From: an uncultured Verrucomicrobiae bacterium
Lineage (GTDB): Bacteria > Verrucomicrobiota > Verrucomicrobiia > Limisphaerales > Palsa-1400
Length of the DNA: 64,000 nt
Assembly (NCBI GenBank): GCA_963707025.1
Contig: CAVPOM010000003.1
Span: 160,001-224,000 of the forward strand
Direction of reading: 5' to 3'
Shown: positions 32,778 to 40,776 of the stretch, piece by piece
How positions within the stretch are numbered: position 1 is the first letter of the stretch
Layout of the letters: every line of letters starts with the position of its first letter
Translations under genes and position numbers: made by a program
Notes under the pieces: model-generated
What the model was told of the DNA's origin: nothing
What the model saw: only the letters and a program-made list of their open reading frames with translations
The model's database searches: none

Positions 32778-33084
32778 TTTCAAGCCGCTCCCGTTCCAAT
32801 CCCTTTGCCTCTCCCCCTTTGCAGGAGAGGGCCGGGGTGCGGAGCCCCCGCATATTGTCGGTGGTGGAGACAAGGAATCGGCAAGCCGGATGAAGGTGGT
32901 GTCGGGAGGCGTCCAACCGTTCCGGCCGTTGGAATCCAAACAGTTGCGATGGTGGCGCATTGCGGGAGCATACCCCGAGCCGCCGCAATTTCAAGCAGTT
33001 CCAAGTAGTGATTTAATTTCGTGGTTGTAGTGTCGGCGCTGTGCGCCGAAGTCGAGCCGCAGGCTCGACTCTACACCAGCCGGC

Positions 33085-33360
33085 CGCTCCGCCTATGACA
33101 AATTCATGCTGCGCTTCCACGATTATCTGAAGGAGAACAGCGACTTCCAGCGCGACTGCCCCAAAATCCACCTCCACTTCCCGCCCAGGGCCACCTGGAT
33201 GTGCTACACTGATTTCGCGCCGCATGCCGTGTTGTCCGGCCAGTACACGCTGGAACAAACTTTCATCATCCCTGTCCGCGCCCTGGTCACGCCGGAAAGA
33301 TCGCCCATCCGCATCCTAGAAAAAATGGCGGGCCGCCCGCTGGCGGGCATGGCGTCGTGA
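33085..33360 (+). pseudogene. C-terminal remnant of a Kdo hydroxylase family gene
   Basis: RSAYDKFMLRFHDYLKENSDFQ...FPPRATWMCYTD...HAVLSGQYTLEQTF matches the family C-terminus as I recall it; the N-terminal part is absent. Confidence 0.7.
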
Positions 33361-33465
33361 CGCAGGTGAGGGGTCAGTCCGGAATGGCGCTTATCCGTGC
33401 CATCTCCCGATGCCATCGGGATGGTTCAGGTTCTTTGGTTGGGGCTGTGCCGCGCTGTGACTTGG

Positions 33466-33755
33466 CGATGAAAGGTCTTTTTTATCCGTGGAATCCGCGA
33501 AGCCCGTGGTTCAATTCCGCTGGGTTGAGTTTGCCTTTCTTGGCCTCTTGCCGTTCACTATGGGGCGGCAACTGTATCCAAGCACCTAATGATTAAGACC
33601 TTGCAAAAATCCGCATTTTCCCGTTGACAATCCGTTCTTAAATGCTATTCTTTGCTGAGTTATGATGGCGGTCTCTATGGAGTGCGGGAGCTTGCTCCCG
33701 CTTTTGCGCCGGGAACGATTTCCGTCCTCCGTAACTCTAGCGAAGAGGAAGGCCC
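33466..33755 (+). repeat. Non-coding direct repeat, copy A
   Basis: High similarity to 35456-35754, including CTTGCAAAAATCCGCATTTTCCCGTTGACAA and GGAGTGCGGGAGCTTGCTCCCGCTTTTGCGCCGGGAACGATT. Confidence 0.92.
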
Positions 33756-33777
33756 GGCGCGGCGGCTGTGCCGGCAA

Positions 33778-33875
33778 TGTCACCGGCCAGTAGAAAACCG
33801 GCCACCTGTGGGCACTTCAAAACCGGCCACTCCGAGGTGCTTAATTCGTATCAGGTTCCTTGACGCCAGCAAGCG
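33778..33875 (+). mobile_element. Orphan IS21-like terminal sequence, copy 2
   Basis: TGTCACCGGCCA followed by two AAAACCGGCCAC boxes; similar to 480-575. Confidence 0.55.
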
Positions 33876-33988
33876 TATTTCAGATTTTCATGTGTTATTA
33901 TCGGGTTAAACGAGAGTCAAAAAGGGAGACCATCCCTCCCGCCGGCATGGCCCCAAGTCCGCATTCCCAAAAAAGGCAAAAATAACCG

Positions 33989-34022
33989 TTGACAATATAC
34001 TGGTCGGCATATAGTGTATGCC
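33989..34022 (+). promoter_or_regulatory. Sigma70-like promoter with overlapping palindrome upstream of padR-like gene
   Basis: TTGACA at 33989; GGCATA-N5-TATGCC at 34006-34022 covers the putative -10 region. Confidence 0.55.
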
Positions 34023-34031
34023 ACATGCTAT

Positions 34032-34373
34032 ATGACAAACAGCACTGAAATGAATGACGGCCTCTACGAGCAGCTCCGCCTCGAGTTGCGCCGGGGCTGC
34101 CTGAGCATGGCGGTGCTCGGCCAGCTCCGCACGGAGCAGTATGGCTACACCCTGCGCCAAAGGCTCGCCGCCCTCGGTCTGGCCATTGACGAAGGCACGC
34201 TCTATCCATTGCTCCGCCGACTGGAAGCCCAGGGACTCCTGGTCAGCGAGTGGCGCGAGGAGGACAAACGCAACAAACGTTTCTACCGTCTCTCGCCCGA
34301 CGGCAAACACATCCTCAAACAACTGCTCGCCGAGTGGGAGAGCATGAACAAAGTACTGAAGCAAATCCTTTAG
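34032..34373 (+). CDS. PadR family transcriptional regulator
   Basis: ELRRGCL, YGYTL, EGTLYPLLRRLE and RFYRLS motifs. Confidence 0.93.
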   Translation: MTNSTEMNDGLYEQLRLELRRGCLSMAVLGQLRTEQYGYTLRQRLAALGLAIDEGTLYPLLRRLEAQGLLVSEWREEDKRNKRFYRLSPDGKHILKQLLAEWESMNKVLKQIL

Positions 34374-34384
34374 AAAGGCTCACT

Positions 34385-35392
34385 ATGGAACTCATCGATC
34401 GTTATTTGCAGGCCGTTAAATTCTGGCTGCCCAAGGCGCAGCGGGACGACATCATCGCAGAACTGTCCGAAGACATCCACTCTCAAATCGAGGACAAGGA
34501 AGCCGAACTTGGCCGCAAGGCGGACGACGGCGACGTTGGGGCCATCCTCAAGCAATGCGGGCACCCTCTGCTCGTCGCCCAACGCTACTCGCCGCAAGAG
34601 TATTTGATTGGCCCGTCCATGTTCCCGATTTACAGCTTTGTGCTGAAGATGGTCGGGCTCGTCTATGTTCTCCCCTGGCTCCTGGTCTGGCTGGGATACG
34701 TCATCTTCAGCCCCGCCTATCGCACTCAAAATCCGATTCATAATTTATGGCCGTTGTGGCAGGGCGTCGTTGCTTTGGTCTTCGCCATCACCCTGGGCTT
34801 CGCGTTCCTCGAGAGGTTCATGGCTAAAACTTGGGCGCAGAAAGATTGGGACCCCCGCAAGCTGCCGTCGGTGCGGGATTCCAACCAAATCCCCCGCTCT
34901 TCCTCCATCTTTGATCTGACCATAGGCATTGCTTTTATCGTTTGGTGGGCGACCCATCTGCGGTTTCGGACCGTCTTTGAGTTCTCTGGCGCAACGATTA
35001 CACTTGCGCCCATGTGGCGATTTTTCCTGTGCGGCCTTCTCTTGGTGTCAGCGGTCACTGTCGCGCTGTCGGGTGTAAATCTGATCCGGCGCTGTTGGAC
35101 ACGGTTCACGGCCTGCATCCGCCTGGCAATCGATTGCGGCGGATCGACGCTGTTCTGCTGGTTGCTCAAGACTGCCATCCTGGTGGAAATCACGGCTCCG
35201 AATGTTCCGCCAGAAAAAACACTTGCTGCCACCAATGCGATTAACTTGTGTGCTTCCAGAATATTCCCGGCCGCTGTCGTGGTCTGCCTGGTGATCGTTC
35301 TTGTGGATCTTCGCCGGATAATCCGGGTGAAGACGACAGTTACCAAGCTGGCCCCACGCGTGGCTGCGGCCAGAACCGGTAGCGAGCCTTAA
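34385..35392 (+). CDS. PadR-associated multi-pass membrane protein (HAAS-like N-terminus)
   Basis: MELIDRYLQAV...DIIAELSEDI...GHPLLVAQRY followed by several hydrophobic segments. Confidence 0.8.
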   Translation: MELIDRYLQAVKFWLPKAQRDDIIAELSEDIHSQIEDKEAELGRKADDGDVGAILKQCGHPLLVAQRYSPQEYLIGPSMFPIYSFVLKMVGLVYVLPWLLVWLGYVIFSPAYRTQNPIHNLWPLWQGVVALVFAITLGFAFLERFMAKTWAQKDWDPRKLPSVRDSNQIPRSSSIFDLTIGIAFIVWWATHLRFRTVFEFSGATITLAPMWRFFLCGLLLVSAVTVALSGVNLIRRCWTRFTACIRLAIDCGGSTLFCWLLKTAILVEITAPNVPPEKTLAATNAINLCASRIFPAAVVVCLVIVLVDLRRIIRVKTTVTKLAPRVAAARTGSEP

Positions 35393-35455
35393 ATCCTTCC
35401 CTATGATTGTGGCCCGGATGATTTTGCCTTCGAGGTGGCAGGGATGGCGACTTTC

Positions 35456-35910
35456 CGATGGAAGGTCTTTTTTATCCGTGGAATCCGCGAAAGCCGTGGT
35501 TCGATTCCTCTGGTTTGAGTTTGCCTTTTTTGGCGTCTTGCCGTTCACTATGGGGCGATAAATGTATCCAAGTAACTAATGATTAAGGCCTTGCAAAAAT
35601 CCGCATTTTCCCGTTGACAACCCGTTCTTAAATGCTATTCTTTGCTGAGTTATGAGGGCGGTCCATATGGAGTGCGGGAGCTTGCTCCCGCTTTTGCGCC
35701 GGGAACGATTCCCGTCCGCCATCCTGTCCTCCGTAACTCTATTGAGGAAGGCCCTGCGAAGGAGGAAGCTCCAGTGACGGCAGAACGCCCGGCCAAGGCG
35801 GAAGGCTGGCGAAGGAGGCGCCACCAGAAAATTTCACCTGGTTTCAGTTCCCGACCCCAGGGGGGGGGCATGCGCCCAAACAGCATTTCCCGCGAAAATC
35901 GTCAAAATCC
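35456..35910 (+). repeat. Non-coding direct repeat, copy B (longest)
   Basis: Matches 33466-33755; its 3' part ATTTCACCTGGTTTCA...CCCCAGGGGGG...CATGCGCC...AAAATCGTCAAA matches 21281-21352. Confidence 0.88.
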
Positions 35911-35973
35911 CCCCGAAAGCAGTTCCGGCTTCGCGCCCATTGACGTCAATTCGCGGATCAAAACCACCCCAGC

Positions 35974-36069
35974 ACTCCATCACTCCAGCACTCCAACACT
36001 CCAGCACTCCAGCACTCCAATACTCCAGCACTCCAATACTCCAATACTCCACCACTCCACCACTCCATT
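35974..36069 (+). repeat. Twelve tandem 8-bp repeats, ACTCCANN
   Basis: Exact 8-bp period from 35974 to 36062. Confidence 0.95.
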
Positions 36070-36157
36070 CTGCCGCGTCACGAGCGAGGTCAAGCCAGGC
36101 TCACCTGAAAATGTTCTCGGCAACCGGGCATCCTTGCGCTACCATGCGCCTCGCATC

Positions 36158-37531
36158 ATGAAGACTTGGGTCATGGCATTGTGTTGCTGGCTCGCCCTTG
36201 GCCGGGCTGAGGCCCAGCAGATGGCGGAGATCGCCACGGCCCGCAGCGCCTCCGGGCAGTTCGTGGCTTTGGCCCCGCGCAGGCCGGGCTTGCCGGTGGC
36301 CATTCCGCAACCGTCCGGTCTTCCGGGCCTGTTCATCCTCAATCCCACCCCGGCGTCGAACTCCGGTTCCGAGCTGCCCTTGGACCCGTCCTTGCTGGTC
36401 ATTACTTGCGAGAAGATCAAGCAATCGCTCCTGATGACATTGGGCCAGGGCGACCGATGGCGGGGCGCCATCACCCTGCGCATCAACCCCGCCCTGCCGG
36501 CGGATCAAAGACCGGTCCTGGAAGGGGTCTATAGTCCGCGCGGCTGGAACTATCAATTGACGCTCCCGTCGCCCATCGCACCCAAGCTGCTCCTGCGCGC
36601 CATAGTCAATGCCCTGCTCATGGAAACCGCCAACCGCCACGCCGGCTCCCAATCCGCCGAAGTTCCCCTCTGGCTCGTGGCCGGGCTGAGCGCCCATTTG
36701 CAGGCAGACAATCCTGCCAGCTTGCTTCTCCGGCCCCAGTCCCGGCTGAACACAAACCAAGTCACGACCAACGGATTTGATCCCTTCCTGGACCAACTGC
36801 GCCACCAGCCGCCGCTGACCTTCCAGCAACTCTGCTGGCCGGAGGCGGGAAGTTTGGCCGGGCGCAATGACGACCTCTATTCGGCGTCCGCGCAATTTTT
36901 CCTGGAAGAACTGCTCCGTTTCAAGGATGGCAATCGCTGCCTTGGCGCGATGATTGACAAACTCCCCCAACATCTGAACTGGCAGATCTCCTTTCTCGAG
37001 GCCTTCTCCCCCCATTTCGACCGCCTGCTCGATGTGGAAAAATGGTGGGGGCTGGCCTGCGTCAATTTCACCGGCCTTGATTTTGCCTCCCGTTTCAGCC
37101 CGCCCGACAGTTGGCGCAAACTCCAGCAAGCCCTGGATGTCCCGGTGGAAGTGCATCTCCGCCCCGACCGCCTCCCGGCCCAGGCGGAAATCACTTTGCA
37201 GGAAGTCATTGCCACTTGGGAACCGGCCCAGGCCGCGGCCGCTTTGCAGCGCGCCGCCGAAAGCCTGATTCTGTTGCGCCAGCAGATCGTTCCTGATTTG
37301 CAGCCCTTGCTGGACCGCTATCTTTCCACCCTGCAAAGCTATCTGAGCGACACCCGCCCCGACCGCCCGGCCTGGCTGGCCAAAAACCACGAGACGCAAC
37401 TGGCCGCCGTGCGCTACGCCGCCTGCAGTGAACTCAACAAACTGGATGCGCAACGGGCTGCCTTGCGCTCCCAATACGTCTCCCAGCCCGGCCAGGCCCA
37501 ATTCCGCGCCGGCGCCGATTCACCTCAATGA
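36158..37531 (+). CDS. Secreted hypothetical protein
   Basis: MKTWVMALCCWLALGRAEA signal peptide; PLWLVAGL resembles the PxWxxEG segment of zincin-like folds but no HExxH is present. Confidence 0.7.
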   Translation: MKTWVMALCCWLALGRAEAQQMAEIATARSASGQFVALAPRRPGLPVAIPQPSGLPGLFILNPTPASNSGSELPLDPSLLVITCEKIKQSLLMTLGQGDRWRGAITLRINPALPADQRPVLEGVYSPRGWNYQLTLPSPIAPKLLLRAIVNALLMETANRHAGSQSAEVPLWLVAGLSAHLQADNPASLLLRPQSRLNTNQVTTNGFDPFLDQLRHQPPLTFQQLCWPEAGSLAGRNDDLYSASAQFFLEELLRFKDGNRCLGAMIDKLPQHLNWQISFLEAFSPHFDRLLDVEKWWGLACVNFTGLDFASRFSPPDSWRKLQQALDVPVEVHLRPDRLPAQAEITLQEVIATWEPAQAAAALQRAAESLILLRQQIVPDLQPLLDRYLSTLQSYLSDTRPDRPAWLAKNHETQLAAVRYAACSELNKLDAQRAALRSQYVSQPGQAQFRAGADSPQ

Positions 37532-37540
37532 ACCCACGCG

Positions 37541-38614
37541 ATGAATAAACCCGTCCCCAGGCTTTTTGCCGCGCTCTTGACCCTCGCCGCCGTCTCCGCG
37601 CCGGCCGCCGCCACGCTGGACATCTATTGGATTGATGTGGAAGGCGGCGCCAGCACCTTGATCGTCACCCCCGCCCATCAATCCATTCTGGTGGATACCG
37701 GCTGGCCGGCCAGCACGCCGGGGCAGGAGGGCAAAAGCGCCGCGCGCATCCACGACGCCGCGGTGGCCGCGGGCCTGAGCAAGATTGATTTCCTGATTCT
37801 CACTCATTTCCACATTGATCATTTTGGCGGCGCGGCGGACCTGGCCAAACTGATGCCGATTGGAGAAGTGCTGGACAATGGCATTCCCGGCCACGATTCC
37901 GACGGTGTGACCAACAACGACCAGCGGTTTGCCAGGAGCATCCAGCCGTATCGGGATTTCCAGGCCGACAGCCGGCAGGTCATCCAGCCCGGGCAGGCGC
38001 TTCCGCTCAAACAATCCGGCGACAGCGCGCCTCTCACCTTTTCCTGTCTGGGTGCGCGCCAGCAATTCATTGCTCCCTCCGGCACGACCACCAATGTTGT
38101 CTGCACCGAATCCGTCCCCCATGCCACCGACACCAGCGACAATAAGAACAGCGTCGTCATGCTCCTGAAACTCGGCCCCTTCCGCTTCTTCGACGGCGGC
38201 GACCTGACCTGGAACACCGAAGCCAAACTGGTTTGCCCCTGCAACATCCCCGGCCCGGTGGATCTTTACCAGGCCGATCATCACGGCCTGAACCTCAGCA
38301 ACAACCCCCTGCTCGTCAAGAGCCTGGCCCCGACCGTCGCTATAATTGACAACGGCCCGCACAAGGGGGGCATGCCCCAAACACTGGCCACCTTGCGCGA
38401 CGTTCCCTCCATCCAGGCCATCTATCAACTCCATCGCAACGTCTTGGGCGGCACCAACTTCAACACCGGCACCCCGTTCATCGCCAACCTTCCCCAGGAA
38501 TGCGAAGGCAACTGCATCAAATGCTCGGTGGAGCCTTCCGGCAAGTCCTACACCATCACCATTCCCGCGACCGGCCTTACCAAAACCTACGCCACCGTCT
38601 TAAACCGGCCCTAG
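37541..38614 (+). CDS. Secreted MBL-fold metallo-hydrolase (ComEC/Rec2-like)
   Basis: IDVEGG, LVDTG, THFHIDHFGG, GGDL and DHHG motifs. Confidence 0.9.
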   Translation: MNKPVPRLFAALLTLAAVSAPAAATLDIYWIDVEGGASTLIVTPAHQSILVDTGWPASTPGQEGKSAARIHDAAVAAGLSKIDFLILTHFHIDHFGGAADLAKLMPIGEVLDNGIPGHDSDGVTNNDQRFARSIQPYRDFQADSRQVIQPGQALPLKQSGDSAPLTFSCLGARQQFIAPSGTTTNVVCTESVPHATDTSDNKNSVVMLLKLGPFRFFDGGDLTWNTEAKLVCPCNIPGPVDLYQADHHGLNLSNNPLLVKSLAPTVAIIDNGPHKGGMPQTLATLRDVPSIQAIYQLHRNVLGGTNFNTGTPFIANLPQECEGNCIKCSVEPSGKSYTITIPATGLTKTYATVLNRP

Positions 38615-38694
38615 CTGGCTCCCTCCACCAACATCAAGCAAAATGGACCTAATAAAGGTGGCTGGATTGCGGCGAGGAAAAGGATTCCCTTTTT

Positions 38695-39557
38695 ATTTTT
38701 CTGACCCCATCTTTCTGACTTAACCGTGCCCATTTCAAGCCATATTTCTTTGAATCCAATGGATCAGGAGGACTTCGCGCGGCTGGATTATCAAGTCATG
38801 CGCCATGCCTTCGAATCTCAGAATCAGTTGGGCCGGCTTTGCAACGAGGTCATTTACCAGAATGACTTGGCGGCCCGTCTTGAGGAGGCGGGACTGCCGG
38901 CGCTCAAAGAAGTCCCGGTGACCGTGACGCACCGCGACTTCACCAAGGTCTATTCGCTGGATTTGGTGGTCGCCAACGCGGGCATTTATGAGCTTAAGAC
39001 GGCCACGGCCTTGGCGGGAGCGCATGAAGCGCAGTTGCTCAATTACCTTTTTCTATGCGGCTCGCGTCATGGCAAACTCATCAATTTTCGCCCGGCGCAC
39101 GTCGAGTCGCGATTTCTCAACGCGACGCTCAGCCAAACGGATCGGCGCCAATTTGCCGTAGAGGCGGATGGCTGGGTGGAGAGGGACCCGGCCGACCAAG
39201 CCTTTCGCGAGGGTCTCCTGGGCTTGTTGCAAGACTGGGGCTGCTGGCTGGATTTGGATCTCTACACAGAAGCGCTTATCCATTTTGCCGGGGGCGAAGG
39301 CCGGGTGGCGCAACTGTTGCCATTGACCCGGGGCCACGGTTTCTTAGGAAAGCATCGCTTCCACTTGCTCAGCCCGGAGACGGCGTTTCGACTGACAGGG
39401 CTGACGGACAGCACAGAGGATTATGAGCGCCAACTGCGCTGCTTGCTCGGCCTCAGCCCGCTGCACACCATCCAGTGGGTGAACCTGGACCGCCAGCGGG
39501 TTCAATTGATTTCGCTGACCAAATAAGAAAACGTCAGAAAAATGGGGCCAGAAAAAT
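38695..39557. repeat. 25-bp inverted repeats bracketing the GxxExxY gene
   Basis: 38695-38719 reverse complement GTCAGAAAGATGGGGTCAGAAAAAT versus 39533-39557 GTCAGAAAAATGGGGCCAGAAAAAT (23/25 identical). Confidence 0.85.
38726..39526 (+). CDS. GxxExxY protein (PD-(D/E)xK nuclease-like), long form
   Basis: LGRLCNEVIYQ, LDLVV, YELK, HEAQLLNYL and GKLINF; degenerate second copy DWGCWLDLDLYTEAL. Confidence 0.88.
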   Translation: MPISSHISLNPMDQEDFARLDYQVMRHAFESQNQLGRLCNEVIYQNDLAARLEEAGLPALKEVPVTVTHRDFTKVYSLDLVVANAGIYELKTATALAGAHEAQLLNYLFLCGSRHGKLINFRPAHVESRFLNATLSQTDRRQFAVEADGWVERDPADQAFREGLLGLLQDWGCWLDLDLYTEALIHFAGGEGRVAQLLPLTRGHGFLGKHRFHLLSPETAFRLTGLTDSTEDYERQLRCLLGLSPLHTIQWVNLDRQRVQLISLTK

Positions 39558-39717
39558 GGCTTGAGATTAGGTTAACGCTTATGGCTCCAGATCCCCAATG
39601 ACGCCTCCGACGCAAACCGGACCCGTCCCATTCGACGGGTTTTTTGAGTTGAGCCAAAAACCCGGCGCCTCTTTATGCTTGCCCCGGGGCGCCTGCGCCG
39701 GGCAGATTCCACGCCAC

Positions 39718-40766
39718 ATGAGAGCGGCGCTTCCGGCATTTCTGCTGCTGGCCACTTGGCAGGCCCGGCCTGGGCCGGGGTCAACCGCCTCGAACGCATC
39801 ACCGTCTCCGGCGCGGATTACGTGCGGGTGGGCGAATGGGCCGATGAGGCCGGGCTGGCCATGTTCTGGCGCAAAAACGAAGAGGCCATCGAACTGACCA
39901 ACCAATCCGCCAGCATCCGCATGGAAACCGACTCGCGCAACGCGCGCAAATCGCAGATTGGCGGCGTCACCGTCTGGCTCTCCCTGCCGGTCATCCAGCG
40001 CGGAGGCGTTCCTTGGATTTCGCTGGTGGATGTCCAGACCACCTTGCAGCCGGTCCTGTTTCCGCTGAAGTCCCGCGCCCGCGTGCAGACCATTTGCCTG
40101 GACCCCGGCCACGGCGGCAGCGACAAGGGCGAGGTCGCGGGCGAGAACTTTGAAAAGAAATATAATTTACTGCTTGCCCTGGCGGCGGAGAAGCTTCTGC
40201 AGGCGGAGGGTTTCAAGGTCGTCCTCACCCGCAGCAATGATGTTTTTGTGGATCTCCCGGAGCGCCCGGCCCGGGCCGCCAAGGCGGGCGCCGACTTGTT
40301 TGTCAGCCTGCATTACAACTCCGGTCCCCTTTCCCTCCACGGAGTCGAAGTCCACTGCCTGCCTCCGGCCGGCATGAAATCCAGCAACGCCGGCGGCGGG
40401 CGCGGCAGCGACCCGCCTTACCCGGGGAACGCCGCCGACGGGCACAACATTCTCCTGGCGTATCAAGTTCTCAAATCCATCACCAGCGCCCTGCCTGTGG
40501 AGGACATTGGAGTAAAGCGGGAGCATTACAAGGTGCTGAAAGAGGCCCGCATGCCCGCCATCCTGATTGAGGGCGGCTTCATGACCGACCCGCAGGACGC
40601 AAAAAGAATATACGACACCGAATTCCGCCAGCGCATGGCCCGGAGCATTGTCAATGGAATTCTGGCCTACAAGAAAGCCGTGGAGGAGAGCGTTCCGGCG
40701 GCCGTTCCCGGGAGTTTGCAAGTCAAATTGCCGGGTCGTGCGTCCCCGGCGCCGGGCCGCGATTAA
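39718..40766 (+). CDS. N-acetylmuramoyl-L-alanine amidase (Amidase_3), apparent frameshift in the signal peptide near 39756
   Basis: LDPGHGG, EK, LTR, DLFVSLHYNS and PAILIEGGF motifs. One extra T gives the signal peptide MRAALPAFLLLATLAGPAWA. Confidence 0.9.
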
Positions 40767-40776
40767 GATAAATCTG

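Noticed and set aside
32778..32960. N-terminal extension of the transglutaminase ORF
   Set aside because: Runs through a palindromic repeat; the signal peptide starts near 32777.
35974..36069. Possible CRISPR array
   Set aside because: 8-bp period with no spacers and no cas genes; the same applies to 21241-21300.
35642..36157. N-terminal 172 aa of the 629-aa ORF
   Set aside because: Translation of non-coding repeats; a signal peptide begins at 36158.
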